A stretch of 64,000 nt of DNA from an uncultured Alphaproteobacteria bacterium (GTDB taxonomy: Bacteria; Pseudomonadota; Alphaproteobacteria; HIMB59; GCA-002718135), in NCBI GenBank assembly GCA_902522865.1, contig CABYXC010000008.1, positions 1,059 through 65,058 on the forward strand. The letters are read 5' to 3'. The position numbers and the translations under genes were made by a program. Below, piece by piece: positions 31,561 to 42,044 of this stretch (its first letter is position 1; each line of letters begins with the position of its first letter). The notes under the pieces were generated by a model. That model did not search any database. It saw nothing but the letters and a program-made list of their open reading frames with translations, and was not told the DNA's origin.

Positions 31561-33081
31561 ATGAATTTTTATATAACTACTCCAATTTACTACACTAATG
31601 ATATTCCTCATATAGGTCATGCTTATACAAGTATAGCTTGCGATATTATTGCTCGATATAATAAATTATTAGGAAACAATGTATTCTTTTTAACAGGTAC
31701 AGACGAACATGGGCAAAAAGTAGAAAAAGCTGCTATTAATTCAAACTTGAAACCTAAAGAATTCGTCGATAAACTTTCAGTTAATTTTATTAATTTAATA
31801 CCTTTTTTAGGATGTGAAATAGATGATTTTATAAGAACTACTGAAGAAAGACATATTAATGCTTCACAAGAACTTTGGAAGCAATTAGAAAAAAATAATC
31901 AAATATATCTTTCAAATTATGAAGGTTGGTACTCAGTTAGAGATGAAGCATTTTATTTAGAAAATGAATTAAAAAAGATTGATGGTAAATATGTTACGGA
32001 TAATGGATCACCTGTAGAGTGGGTTAAGGAGGAGAGTTATTTTTTTAAGCTTTCAGAATGGCAAGATAAGTTGATCAATTATTATGAAAAAAATCCAGAA
32101 TCAATTCTACCTAAAACGCGATATAATGAAGTATTAAGTTTTATTAAAGGTGGATTAAAAGATCTGTCTATTTCAAGAACAACTTTTAATTGGGGAGTGC
32201 CAGTTCCAAATAATTCTAAGCATGTGATGTATGTTTGGATTGATGCATTATGTAATTACCTAACTGCAATTGGTTATCCAGATACAAATAATAATAATTA
32301 CAAGAAATTTTGGCCTGCAACACACATTGTAGGAAAAGATATATTAAGATTTCATGCAGTGTATTGGCCAGCTTTTTTAATGGCTGCGGGTATCGAACCT
32401 CCTAAAAGAATATTTGCGCATGGTTGGTGGACCAATGAAGGGCAAAAAATTTCTAAATCACTTGGTAATGTCATCGATCCTTACGATATTATTAATGAAT
32501 ATGGCTTGGATCAAATTAGGTTTTTTTTGTTTAGGGAAGTACCCTTTGGAAATGATGGAGATTTTTCAAAAAAAGCAATCGCAAATAGAATTAACGCAGA
32601 TCTATCTAATAATTTTGGTAATTTAGTACAAAGAATTTCATCATTTGCTGTAAAAAATAATGATTCTATACTAAAGCCAGCAGAAAATTTAACTAATGAC
32701 GATCAGGATTTAATTAATACTCTTCAAATTAAATTTGATGAATATTGTAAATTTATGAATAATCAACAAATTGATAGAGCAATTAAGTCTGTCTTGGAAT
32801 TAATATCTACTGGTAACGCATATGTTGATACTCAAGCACCATGGACATTGAAAAAAACAAATAAAATTAGAATGGAAGAAGTTTTATATATTGTTACAAA
32901 TATAATTATTAAATCAGCTATAATGCTTTATCCAATAATACCAACTAGTTCAAAAAAAATTCTTAATATTTTTAATTATAATATGGACAATAATAAATTT
33001 GAGAATTTTACTAAACTAATCAATCAAAATATAAAAATAAATAATCCAGAACCAATATTTCCAAGAATATTGAATGATTGA
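31561..33081 (+). CDS. metG: Methionine--tRNA ligase
   Basis: HIGH, LTGTDEHG, YVWIDAL, KISKS. Confidence 0.97.
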   Translation: MNFYITTPIYYTNDIPHIGHAYTSIACDIIARYNKLLGNNVFFLTGTDEHGQKVEKAAINSNLKPKEFVDKLSVNFINLIPFLGCEIDDFIRTTEERHINASQELWKQLEKNNQIYLSNYEGWYSVRDEAFYLENELKKIDGKYVTDNGSPVEWVKEESYFFKLSEWQDKLINYYEKNPESILPKTRYNEVLSFIKGGLKDLSISRTTFNWGVPVPNNSKHVMYVWIDALCNYLTAIGYPDTNNNNYKKFWPATHIVGKDILRFHAVYWPAFLMAAGIEPPKRIFAHGWWTNEGQKISKSLGNVIDPYDIINEYGLDQIRFFLFREVPFGNDGDFSKKAIANRINADLSNNFGNLVQRISSFAVKNNDSILKPAENLTNDDQDLINTLQIKFDEYCKFMNNQQIDRAIKSVLELISTGNAYVDTQAPWTLKKTNKIRMEEVLYIVTNIIIKSAIMLYPIIPTSSKKILNIFNYNMDNNKFENFTKLINQNIKINNPEPIFPRILND

Positions 33082-33856
33082 CTCACATTGTCATTTAAAT
33101 TTTAAAAAATTATCAGAAAATTTTGAGAATATAATAAATAATTCCAAAAAAAATAATATAAGCTCAATATTATCAATCAATACCAAACCTGAAGATTTCC
33201 AAGATCATTTAAATTTAATAAAAAATTATAATTCTATTTATCTCTCATATGGGCTTCACCCAAGTGATGTTAAATCAATGAACCAAATTGAATTACAAAA
33301 CTTTGATCAATACTGTAACAATGAAAAAGTAATAGGAATAGGTGAAACAGGCATTGACCTCTATCATAATGATGAATTTCTCAAAGAACAAACACAAGTA
33401 TTTGAAACCCATATTGAAGCTTCAATAAAGCATTCACTACCAATTATCATTCATCAAAGAAATTCTGAAAAAGAAATAGTAGATATTTTAAAAAATTATA
33501 AATCAAATAATTTAAAATTAATTTTTCACTGTTTTACCGGTTCAAATCAATTATTAAATTTTTGTCTAGATAATAACTACTACATTTCAATTTCTGGAAT
33601 AATAACATTTAAAAATGCTTCAAATTTAAGAGATATAATTAAGGATGCTCCTTTAGATTCTATACTTATAGAAACTGATAGCCCTTTTTTAGCACCCGAG
33701 CCAATGAGAGGTAAAGTTAATGAGCCATCTTTTGTAAAATATACTGCTGAATATTTAGCAAAATTTTTTAAATTATCCTTAGAAGAATTTGAAAAAATCA
33801 CTGATAATAATTTTTTTAAATTGTTTACGAAAGCTAAAAGGGATAATTATCTGTAA
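33074..33856 (+). CDS. tatD: TatD-family hydrolase
   Basis: DSHCHL, IGETGID, HCFTG, ETDSPFL. Confidence 0.92.
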   Translation: MIDSHCHLNFKKLSENFENIINNSKKNNISSILSINTKPEDFQDHLNLIKNYNSIYLSYGLHPSDVKSMNQIELQNFDQYCNNEKVIGIGETGIDLYHNDEFLKEQTQVFETHIEASIKHSLPIIIHQRNSEKEIVDILKNYKSNNLKLIFHCFTGSNQLLNFCLDNNYYISISGIITFKNASNLRDIIKDAPLDSILIETDSPFLAPEPMRGKVNEPSFVKYTAEYLAKFFKLSLEEFEKITDNNFFKLFTKAKRDNYL

Positions 33857-34608
33857 TGAAAATAACTATTTTAGGTTGTGGAGGTTCTTTCGGATCTCCT
33901 TTAGCATGGAATAGACATGGCAATATTGATCTTAATAATAAAAGAAATTTTAGAACAAGATCATCAGTACTTATTGAATATGAAAATACAAATATTCTAA
34001 TTGATACAAGTCCAGATCTAAGGCAGCAACTTTATAATGCTAAATGTACAAATATTGATGCAGTACTTTATACTCATATTCATTCTGATCACACATCAGG
34101 TGTACCCGATATAAGAGCAATGTCGTTAATAAATAAAAAAAATATACCTGCATATATGCCAAAAGATATGATTTTTGAAATGGAGACAAGTTATAAATAT
34201 ATTTTTAAAGGTGAAAAAGATTATCTACCGTTTATGGAAATCAGAGAATTAGACTCTAGTATAAAATTTCAAAATATAAATATAGAGACATTTAAACATA
34301 ATCATGGATCTATTGATGTCCAAACTTACAGGATTGGAAATTTTGCATATTCTACGGATCTTAAAAAATTTTATGATAATGATATTGATAAATTAAAAAA
34401 CCTTGATTTATGGATAGTTGGATTGTTAAGAGAAGATCCTCATCCTGCGCATGCTGGATTTAATCAAATAATGGAACTCATATCTTATATCAAACCAAAA
34501 CAAACTATTTTTACTCATATGACAGCTTTACTAGATGAAAAAGAATTAATAACAAAGTGCCCACCAAATGTTAAACCTGGATATGATGGTATGATTATTG
34601 ATTTATGA
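33856..34608 (+). CDS. Metallo-beta-lactamase-fold hydrolase (PhnP-like)
   Basis: LGCGGS, THIHSDH; usual position after tatD. Confidence 0.88.
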   Translation: MKITILGCGGSFGSPLAWNRHGNIDLNNKRNFRTRSSVLIEYENTNILIDTSPDLRQQLYNAKCTNIDAVLYTHIHSDHTSGVPDIRAMSLINKKNIPAYMPKDMIFEMETSYKYIFKGEKDYLPFMEIRELDSSIKFQNINIETFKHNHGSIDVQTYRIGNFAYSTDLKKFYDNDIDKLKNLDLWIVGLLREDPHPAHAGFNQIMELISYIKPKQTIFTHMTALLDEKELITKCPPNVKPGYDGMIIDL

Positions 34609-35540
34609 AACCAGTATATATTGGTTTTATAGGCATTGGAAATGTTGGATCAAACCTTGCAAATAATTTATTAAAATCAAATAATAATGTATTCGTGTAT
34701 GATAAAAATAATAAAGCTTATTCAAGATTAAAAAATTTAAAAAACAAACCTTGTAAAACGTTAAAAGAATTAACTGAAAAGAGTGATATTATTATAACGT
34801 GTCTACCTTCACCAAAAGCGGTAAGCAAAGTAATAAAAACCATATTAAAATATGTAACTAAAAAAAATATCTGGATCGAGATGAGTACTACAGATAAAAA
34901 TGATATGATTAGCTTATCCAAAAAAGTAATTTCTAAAGGTGGTAGTGTATTAGAATGTCCAATTACTGGAGGAGAACATAGAGCTAAATCAGGAAATATA
35001 TCTATTCTAGCTGCAGGTAAAAAATCAACTTTCAAAAAATGTTTTCCAATTTTATCATTACTTGGTCATGAAATTTTATATTGCGGAAATATTGGAAATG
35101 CTTCAATATTAAAAGTAATAACAAATTATTTAGCATCATTACATTTATTAGGTATAGGTGAGGCTTTGAGTGTTGCAAAAAAAAATAAAATTGGCTTAGG
35201 TTTAACTTATAAAGCTATAAAAATAAGCTCCGGAAATAGTTTTGTTAATGAAACTGAAACAAAGGTCATACTTGGAGGCAGTTATGATGTTGGATTCACT
35301 ATGGATCTAGTCAATAAAGATATAAATCTTTTCAATAAACTTGGAAAAAATATAAAGTTAGAATTAGGAAATTTTCTAAGTAGAAAATTTAAACTTGGTA
35401 TGAAAATTTTAGGTAAAAGGTCTTTTAGTACCAGTATTATTAAATTAATTGAAAAAGATGCCAAAATTAAATTAAGAGCAAAAAATTTCCCAAAACAATT
35501 AATTGATAAACAAAAAAAACAAAAAGGTGTAGAAGTATAA
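34605..35540 (+). CDS. 3-hydroxyisobutyrate dehydrogenase-family oxidoreductase
   Basis: GFIGIGNVG, EMST, ECPITGG, KVITN. Confidence 0.85.
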   Translation: MKPVYIGFIGIGNVGSNLANNLLKSNNNVFVYDKNNKAYSRLKNLKNKPCKTLKELTEKSDIIITCLPSPKAVSKVIKTILKYVTKKNIWIEMSTTDKNDMISLSKKVISKGGSVLECPITGGEHRAKSGNISILAAGKKSTFKKCFPILSLLGHEILYCGNIGNASILKVITNYLASLHLLGIGEALSVAKKNKIGLGLTYKAIKISSGNSFVNETETKVILGGSYDVGFTMDLVNKDINLFNKLGKNIKLELGNFLSRKFKLGMKILGKRSFSTSIIKLIEKDAKIKLRAKNFPKQLIDKQKKQKGVEV

Positions 35541-35541
35541 T

Positions 35542-36495
35542 ATGTCAGAAAAAAAATTACTGCCTGCTGAATCAGATCCAAGAAATCCTAGTTTTGCTTA
35601 CAAAAATAAATATAATGAACATGTAGAATGCACAGATCAATTCAATAATTATTTAAAGTCTACTGAGGTTAAAAAAGTTTTTTCTGGTATGTTATGGGGA
35701 GAAGGACCAGCTTATATTCCTCATTTGGATACATTAGTCTTTAGTGATATTCCAAATAACAGGATGTTAAAGTTAGCGAATGGTTCAGTTACTGAATATA
35801 AAAACCCATCAAATTATTGTAATGGAAATACTATTGATAAAGAAGAAAATGTAATTTCTTGTTCACATGGAGGGAGATGCATTTATAAAACTAATGATAA
35901 TTTAGAAGTGGTTGTTTTAGTTGATAGTTATAATGGTAAGAAACTTAATTCTCCAAACGACCTATTTGTTAAATCGGATGACACAATTTGGTTTACAGAT
36001 CCACCTTACGGTATTTTATCAGATTATGAGGGATATCCTGGCGAACAAGAATATGGTGGCTGTAATGTTTTTTCTTATGACCCGAAAATAAACACTATAA
36101 AAGTTATAATTGATGACCTTGATAAACCTAACGGTATTGCGATATCACCCAACGAAAAAAAATTATATGTTGCAGATACTGGAGAAAATATCAAACATTT
36201 GTATGTTTATGATATGGTTGATGGAATGCCCATAAATAGAAAATTAGTTTATGATTTTAAACCCTTTTTTTCTGATGGTTTTAGATGTGATAAAGATGGA
36301 AATGTTTGGACTAGTGCAGGAAAAGCAATTAAGTGTTTTAATCCTCAAAATGAATTAATTGGGCAACTTATAGTTCCAGAACTAGTATCAAATTTAGAAT
36401 TTGGAGGAGTGGAAGGAAATATTTTGTACATAACAGCCACAACTAGTTTATATTCAATTGAATTAAATCAACAAGGAGCTAGATTTTATGAATAA
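35542..36495 (+). CDS. SMP-30/gluconolactonase family protein
   Basis: GEGP, LNSPND, FTDPPYG, PNG, SDG. Confidence 0.9.
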   Translation: MSEKKLLPAESDPRNPSFAYKNKYNEHVECTDQFNNYLKSTEVKKVFSGMLWGEGPAYIPHLDTLVFSDIPNNRMLKLANGSVTEYKNPSNYCNGNTIDKEENVISCSHGGRCIYKTNDNLEVVVLVDSYNGKKLNSPNDLFVKSDDTIWFTDPPYGILSDYEGYPGEQEYGGCNVFSYDPKINTIKVIIDDLDKPNGIAISPNEKKLYVADTGENIKHLYVYDMVDGMPINRKLVYDFKPFFSDGFRCDKDGNVWTSAGKAIKCFNPQNELIGQLIVPELVSNLEFGGVEGNILYITATTSLYSIELNQQGARFYE

Positions 36496-36832
36496 ACCTC
36501 TATCTTCTGGAAAGTGTGAGCCATGCAATGGGAATACTCCTAAATTAGATTATCAAGAAATTAGTAAATTTTTATCCGAAATCAACGAATGGTCAGTTAA
36601 TGATAATCAAGAAATGATTTTCAAAAAATTTAAATTTAGTAATTTTAATAAAGCAATATCATTTGCAAATAAAGTTGGAGATATTGCAGAAACACAAGGT
36701 CACCACCCTGATATATCTATTGGTTGGGGGTATTGTTTAGTAATGGTTCATACACATGCGATAAATGGATTATCAATAAATGATTTTATTTTAGCTGCAA
36801 AAATAGATAATATAGAAAATAATGAAACATAG
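36488..36832 (+). CDS. Pterin-4a-carbinolamine dehydratase
   Basis: AETQGHHPD, THAINGLSINDF. Confidence 0.9.
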   Translation: MNKPLSSGKCEPCNGNTPKLDYQEISKFLSEINEWSVNDNQEMIFKKFKFSNFNKAISFANKVGDIAETQGHHPDISIGWGYCLVMVHTHAINGLSINDFILAAKIDNIENNET

Positions 36833-37382
36833 AGAACAATTTAATAATTACAGTAAGTCCATTTTTAATCTTCTATTAAATATTGATGACAAATTATTAA
36901 AAAAATCAGTGAATTTGATTAAAAAAACACAAAAACAAAAAGGAAAAGTTTATATAGTTGGTAATGGAGGCAGCTCTTCAATAGCAAGTCATGTTAGTGT
37001 AGACTTTGCAAAAATAGCTAGAGTTAATTCATCTACTTTTAATAATTCAAATTTAATTACATGTTTTGCAAATGACTATGGTTATGAAAATTGGGTAGTA
37101 GAAGCAATAAAGGCTTACCTAAATAAAAAGGACATGATGATCTTAATTAGTAGCAGTGGAACTTCAAAAAATATTGTTAATGCAGCTAATTATTGTAAAA
37201 AAAATTCTATTCAATTAATTACCTTGAGTGGCTTCAAAAAAAATAATCCACTATCGAAATATGGAAATGTTAATTTTCATATAAATTCTGATCAATATAA
37301 TTTTATTGAAATGTCTCATCATATTATTTTAGTTTATCTTGTTGATATATTTGCAAAAAATAAACTTAGTTCTTGGTATTAA
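36822..37382 (+). CDS. SIS-domain phosphosugar isomerase (GmhA-like)
   Basis: GNGGS, ANDYG, ISSSGTSKN, EMSH. Confidence 0.85.
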   Translation: MKHREQFNNYSKSIFNLLLNIDDKLLKKSVNLIKKTQKQKGKVYIVGNGGSSSIASHVSVDFAKIARVNSSTFNNSNLITCFANDYGYENWVVEAIKAYLNKKDMMILISSSGTSKNIVNAANYCKKNSIQLITLSGFKKNNPLSKYGNVNFHINSDQYNFIEMSHHIILVYLVDIFAKNKLSSWY

Positions 37383-37385
37383 TTA

Positions 37386-38765
37386 GTGCAAAAACAAAAA
37401 ATTTTCATTTGTGGGATAAGTACTGAATGTTGTTCTTACTCAACATTAATACAAGATGAAAATGATTTTGAAATTTTAAGTGGTAATAAACTTTTAAAAT
37501 ATATAGATTTTAATTATTCAAAATATAAGAATATTACCTTTATATCTAGTAAATTTTATCGTAGTTTACCTGGTGGACCAGTAGATAAAAAATTCTTTTT
37601 AAAAACAATTCAAAATATTAAAAATGATTTAAAAAAAAATACTTCAATAGATGGTATTTTATTTTTAATGCATGGAGCAATGTATGTAAAAGGTATAAAT
37701 GATCCTGAAGGTTTTTTTATTGAAAAGATACGTTCTAAAGTATCTAAAAATTGCAAAATATCATTATCTTACGATCTTCACGGACAGATGACTGATACAA
37801 TTATTAAAAATATTAATTATTTTGCAGCTTATAAAACAGCCCCACACATTGATGTTAAGCAAACTTATTTTAGAGCAATTAAAATGTTAATAAATGGAAT
37901 ATTAAAAAATAAAAAAAATCATATTGTTTGGGAAAAAATACCAGTTTTAGTTTCAGGTGAAATGTCATCAACAATAGTTGAGCCATGTAAAAAAATTTAT
38001 AAAAATCTTAATAAATTTAATAAATTGAAAGGGATTAACGATTGTAATTTACTTATTGGATATGTTTGGGCTGACGCTAAAAGAGCAACAGCTTCAGCAA
38101 TTGTAAATTGTAATGATGTTACTGTTGGTAAAAAAATTTGTAAGAAAATAGCACTAAGTTATTGGAATAATAGATTTAAATTAGTTTATGATATGCAATC
38201 TTATAAGTTAAATAAGATTTTTAACGTAATTAATAATAAAAAATTTACTATTTTAGCCGATAGCGGTGATAATCCAACAGCTGGAGGAGTCGGTAGTAGA
38301 ATTGATGTATTAGAGCACGTATTTAAAAACAATATTGAGAATACACTATTTGCAGGAATTTTTAATGAAGAAATTTTTAGAAAGCTAAAAAATAAAAAAA
38401 ACAAAATTGTCATAAAAGATACTATTTCAAAAAAGAAAATTTCTCTTGCAATTGATAAATATTATTTAAAAAATGATAATGCAATTTTAAGTTCAAATAA
38501 TAATACGATAATCTTTACAAAATATAGAAAACCTTTTCATTATTTAAGTGATTTTAAGGAATTAAATATCAATTTAAAAAAATATAAAATATTGGTTGTG
38601 AAATCAGGATATCTTTCACCAGAGCTTAAAAAACTTAAAGCAGATAATTTTATGATTTTAACAGATGGATTTGTTACCCAAGATTTTAAAAGAATTAAAA
38701 ATTTTTTCAGGGAAAAGCCAATTTATCCTTTCCAAAAAAACTTTAGATTCAATATAAATATTTAA
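37386..38765 (+). CDS. M81-family metallopeptidase (MlrC-like)
   Basis: HGAM, DPEG, DLHG, YKTAPHID, DSGDNPTAG, VKSGYL; GTG start. Confidence 0.85.
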   Translation: MQKQKIFICGISTECCSYSTLIQDENDFEILSGNKLLKYIDFNYSKYKNITFISSKFYRSLPGGPVDKKFFLKTIQNIKNDLKKNTSIDGILFLMHGAMYVKGINDPEGFFIEKIRSKVSKNCKISLSYDLHGQMTDTIIKNINYFAAYKTAPHIDVKQTYFRAIKMLINGILKNKKNHIVWEKIPVLVSGEMSSTIVEPCKKIYKNLNKFNKLKGINDCNLLIGYVWADAKRATASAIVNCNDVTVGKKICKKIALSYWNNRFKLVYDMQSYKLNKIFNVINNKKFTILADSGDNPTAGGVGSRIDVLEHVFKNNIENTLFAGIFNEEIFRKLKNKKNKIVIKDTISKKKISLAIDKYYLKNDNAILSSNNNTIIFTKYRKPFHYLSDFKELNINLKKYKILVVKSGYLSPELKKLKADNFMILTDGFVTQDFKRIKNFFREKPIYPFQKNFRFNINI

Positions 38766-40154
38766 TTAAGTGCCACAAAAAGTTTCAAAAACTTTTTCAC
38801 TTTCTAGAGGTGGAGTAATATATTTCTTATTTTCTATTTTCCCATAAGGATTTTTTAGTATTTTTTCGAATTCATATAATTGACTGTAATTGCCACTATA
38901 TACTTTGTTAATTATTTGATCAATAATATGATTTCTAGGAATAATTTTAGGATTAACATTTTTAAATTTAGTTAATTTGTTCTTTTTATATTTTTCTTCC
39001 CAATTTTTAAAAATATTTTTATCAAGAGTATTATTTTCTAAATCTAAAAAAGTATTTGTATAATCAAGTTTATAAATATGCATCAAATCTAAAAATTCTC
39101 TGATAATTTCTTCGTTATTTTTATTAGTGTCTAAATTAAATTTCATAGACATCATTGCTAACCAAGATTGATCAAACAATTTTTGATATTTATTTAATAT
39201 ATCTTCAATTTTTTTAATTGCTGTTTTTTCATTTGTATCAATTAAATGAAGAAAAGTTTCAGCAAATCTCGCTAAATTCCATAATGTTATTTTTGATTGA
39301 TTTTCAAATGAATATCTTCCCATTTTATCAATTGAACTAAAAACTTTTTTTGGATTATATTCATCCAAATATGCTGCTGGACCATAATCTATAGTTTCAC
39401 CCGATAAAGACATGTTATCGGTATTCATAACGCCATGAATAAAGCCAACTCTTATCCAATCTATGATTAACTTAGTTTGTAAAAAACAAATTTTTTCATA
39501 GAATTTTAAATATTTATCATCATTATTATCTATATCAGGATACAGCCTTGAAATTGTATAAGATATAAAGTTTTGAAATTCCTCTCTATTTTTTAAAAGA
39601 CTTCCAAATTGAAAAGTTCCCACTCTAATATGCGACTTCGCAACTCTAATTAAAATTGCACCGGGCTCTAATCTATCACGAAATACATTTTCACCAGTGG
39701 TAATAACTGCAAGTGCTCTGGTTGATGATATACCAAGATTATGCATAGCTTCACTTAATATATATTCTCTTATCATTGGACCTAAAGCAGCTTTTCCATC
39801 TCCATTTCTAGAGTAGGGTGTTTTGCCCGATCCTTTTAATTGTATATCTACCCTTTGATTATTATTAGTAATATGTTCACCAATAATTATAGCTCTACCA
39901 TCGCCTAAAATTGTAAAATTTCCAAATTGATGTCCAGCATAAGCTTGAGAGAAGTAATTTTTATCTAATTTATTTTTTCCCAAAAGAATATTACATTTTT
40001 CATCATCTTCATATTTACTAAAATCTAAATTTAACTCCTTTGCAAGATCACTATTAAACAAAACTAATTTTTTATTATTAAAATTTTCAGGATTAACTTT
40101 ACTATAAAAAATACTAGGTAATTTTGTATAACTATCTTGAAAATTCCAAACCAT
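38766..40154 (-). CDS. selO: Protein adenylyltransferase SelO/YdiU
   Basis: YAGHQFG, LGDGRA, HGVMNTDN, DYGP, C-terminal TFCGT. Confidence 0.93.
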   Translation of the reverse strand: MVWNFQDSYTKLPSIFYSKVNPENFNNKKLVLFNSDLAKELNLDFSKYEDDEKCNILLGKNKLDKNYFSQAYAGHQFGNFTILGDGRAIIIGEHITNNNQRVDIQLKGSGKTPYSRNGDGKAALGPMIREYILSEAMHNLGISSTRALAVITTGENVFRDRLEPGAILIRVAKSHIRVGTFQFGSLLKNREEFQNFISYTISRLYPDIDNNDDKYLKFYEKICFLQTKLIIDWIRVGFIHGVMNTDNMSLSGETIDYGPAAYLDEYNPKKVFSSIDKMGRYSFENQSKITLWNLARFAETFLHLIDTNEKTAIKKIEDILNKYQKLFDQSWLAMMSMKFNLDTNKNNEEIIREFLDLMHIYKLDYTNTFLDLENNTLDKNIFKNWEEKYKKNKLTKFKNVNPKIIPRNHIIDQIINKVYSGNYSQLYEFEKILKNPYGKIENKKYITPPLESEKVFETFCGT

Positions 40155-40224
40155 TTTGAATAAATATATATAAATTTTTTAAATTAAACATCTACAACTT
40201 TAGTATATAAGTACTTAGTCAGCA

Positions 40225-41007
40225 ATGAATACCATAATTGATATAGTTAATCAGTCAAAACATCCAATAGATAGCGATGAATATATACAATATTGCAATG
40301 ATGAAATTAAAAAAAATTCTATACTAATGTTAAATGATTTTTTAACAAATGACTGCTTAAGTGAATTAATTACTGAAGCACATGGATTACAAGATCAAGC
40401 TTTCTATTGTTCTCAAAATCATACTATCTTACTTAATAAACAAGATAAATTAAGTGACTTGAATGATCCTTTAAATAGAGAGGTCGTTAGTGATAAAGGT
40501 TGTGTCCCTCATGATCTGTTAAATCAGCAATCAAAATTAAATATTTTATATCAATCAAATATTTTTAAAAATTTTTTAAAAGGTGTCTTAAATTTAAAAG
40601 ATATTTATCCATACAGTGATACCTTATCTTCCATAAATTATAATTATTATCAAAAATCACAACAGCTAGGATGGCATTTTGATAATGCATCATTTGCAAT
40701 CACTTTAATGATACAATCTTCAGATAAAGGTGGTGAATTTGAATATGTTAGTAAAGGTAGAGATTTTTCTGAAAACTATATCGATAAATCATATATTAAA
40801 GATATTTTAGATAGAAAAATTTTACCACAAAAAGCAGATGTTGATGCAGGTACTCTTATATTATTTTATGGTAGAAATTATTTGCATCGTGTAACACCAG
40901 TAGGTTCCGAAAAACCAAGAATATTAGTAACACTTAATTACAATGAAGAAGAGGGCACAATGCTTTCAGAAAATGCAAGATTAACATTTTTTGGTAGAAT
41001 TAACTAA
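40225..41007 (+). CDS. 2OG-Fe(II) oxygenase, BesD/HalD-like fold with hydroxylase-type triad
   Basis: LGWHFD...GGEFEY...LHRVTPV..R. Confidence 0.75.
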   Translation: MNTIIDIVNQSKHPIDSDEYIQYCNDEIKKNSILMLNDFLTNDCLSELITEAHGLQDQAFYCSQNHTILLNKQDKLSDLNDPLNREVVSDKGCVPHDLLNQQSKLNILYQSNIFKNFLKGVLNLKDIYPYSDTLSSINYNYYQKSQQLGWHFDNASFAITLMIQSSDKGGEFEYVSKGRDFSENYIDKSYIKDILDRKILPQKADVDAGTLILFYGRNYLHRVTPVGSEKPRILVTLNYNEEEGTMLSENARLTFFGRIN

Positions 41008-41798
41008 TTATGATTAAAGAAAAATAATTGTTTTCCATTTACTCGATAATTATTAATCAATTTTTTTGCTTCTTCTGATGTAATCCAATCAATATATTTT
41101 TTAGCCTCTTCAATATTTAAATTATCATTTATCTTATTGCTTACTAAAATTATCCCATATTGATTAAATAATGGTGGTAAATTTTCACAGACAATTTGTA
41201 GATTTTCTTTTTTATTAAAAGCTATCCAAGTGCTACGATCACTAAGAGTGTACGCATTCTTTTGATTAGCTATTAATAATGTTGAGCCCATTCCTTGACC
41301 AACACTGAGATACCAATTTTCTTTAAATGGTATTTTTATATTTGATAGTTCCCAAAGCTCCTTTTCCTTTTTGTGTGTTCCACTCTCATCACCTCTTGAT
41401 ACAAATAATAATTTCGATTTTTTAATTTCAATCATTTTATTTTCAATTGAAGAGCATGTTTTGTTATCTTTTTTTGGTCCTATCAAGACAAAATCATTAT
41501 ACATCAAATCATATCTTAGGGTGCCATATCCCTTATTCATAAATTCTAGCTCTGATTTTTTATGATGAACTAATAAAATTTCTACATTTCCATCCATTGC
41601 AACTTTAATTGCTTGACCTGTTCCAAGTGATAATGCTCTCACTTTTATTTTATATTTTTTTTCAAATTCTTTGTTAATATATTGTAATAAGCCCGTATCG
41701 TGTGTAGAAGTTGTGCTTGCTATGGTTATATGCTTATCATTGGCTAGAGCATTCTTAATCAAGAATATTAAAATAAATATAAGTAAAACTCTAATCAT
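41004..41798 (-). CDS. tupA: TupA-like tungstate-binding periplasmic protein
   Basis: ASTTSTHDTGLL, GTGQA, SRGDESGTH, GQGMG, YTLSDR. Confidence 0.85.
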   Translation of the reverse strand: MIRVLLIFILIFLIKNALANDKHITIASTTSTHDTGLLQYINKEFEKKYKIKVRALSLGTGQAIKVAMDGNVEILLVHHKKSELEFMNKGYGTLRYDLMYNDFVLIGPKKDNKTCSSIENKMIEIKKSKLLFVSRGDESGTHKKEKELWELSNIKIPFKENWYLSVGQGMGSTLLIANQKNAYTLSDRSTWIAFNKKENLQIVCENLPPLFNQYGIILVSNKINDNLNIEEAKKYIDWITSEEAKKLINNYRVNGKQLFFFNHN

Positions 41799-41858
41799 AA
41801 AACTTGATACATCTTATAGTACTTACTAAATATATTTATATATTTTGAAAGGATAGTT

Positions 41859-42044
41859 ATGAAAATCATTAAAGTTTTAGAAAAAACTGAATTAGTAATA
41901 GTCGATTTAGAGGTAAATTTAGGTAAAGAAAAAAGAAATGGTTTAACATTATGTGTTAAATATAATGGTGATTATTATCCATTAAATACTGCACATGATG
42001 GAAGGCCAATTTTAATGAATAAAGATAATATAATTAAAAATTAA
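41859..42044 (+). CDS. Small hypothetical protein (61 aa)
   Basis: AAAGGA upstream of ATG; fills the intergenic space. Confidence 0.6.
   Translation: MKIIKVLEKTELVIVDLEVNLGKEKRNGLTLCVKYNGDYYPLNTAHDGRPILMNKDNIIKN

Noticed and set aside
37386-38765. Microcystin degradation pathway
   Set aside because: Only an MlrC-like M81 peptidase is present. mlrA, mlrB and mlrD are absent here and the family is widespread.
38766-38780. Selenocysteine in SelO, and GTGCCAC here as a third stem-loop copy
   Set aside because: The protein ends FCGT followed by TAA, so there is no Sec codon. The heptamer is coding sequence with no partner arm that I could see.
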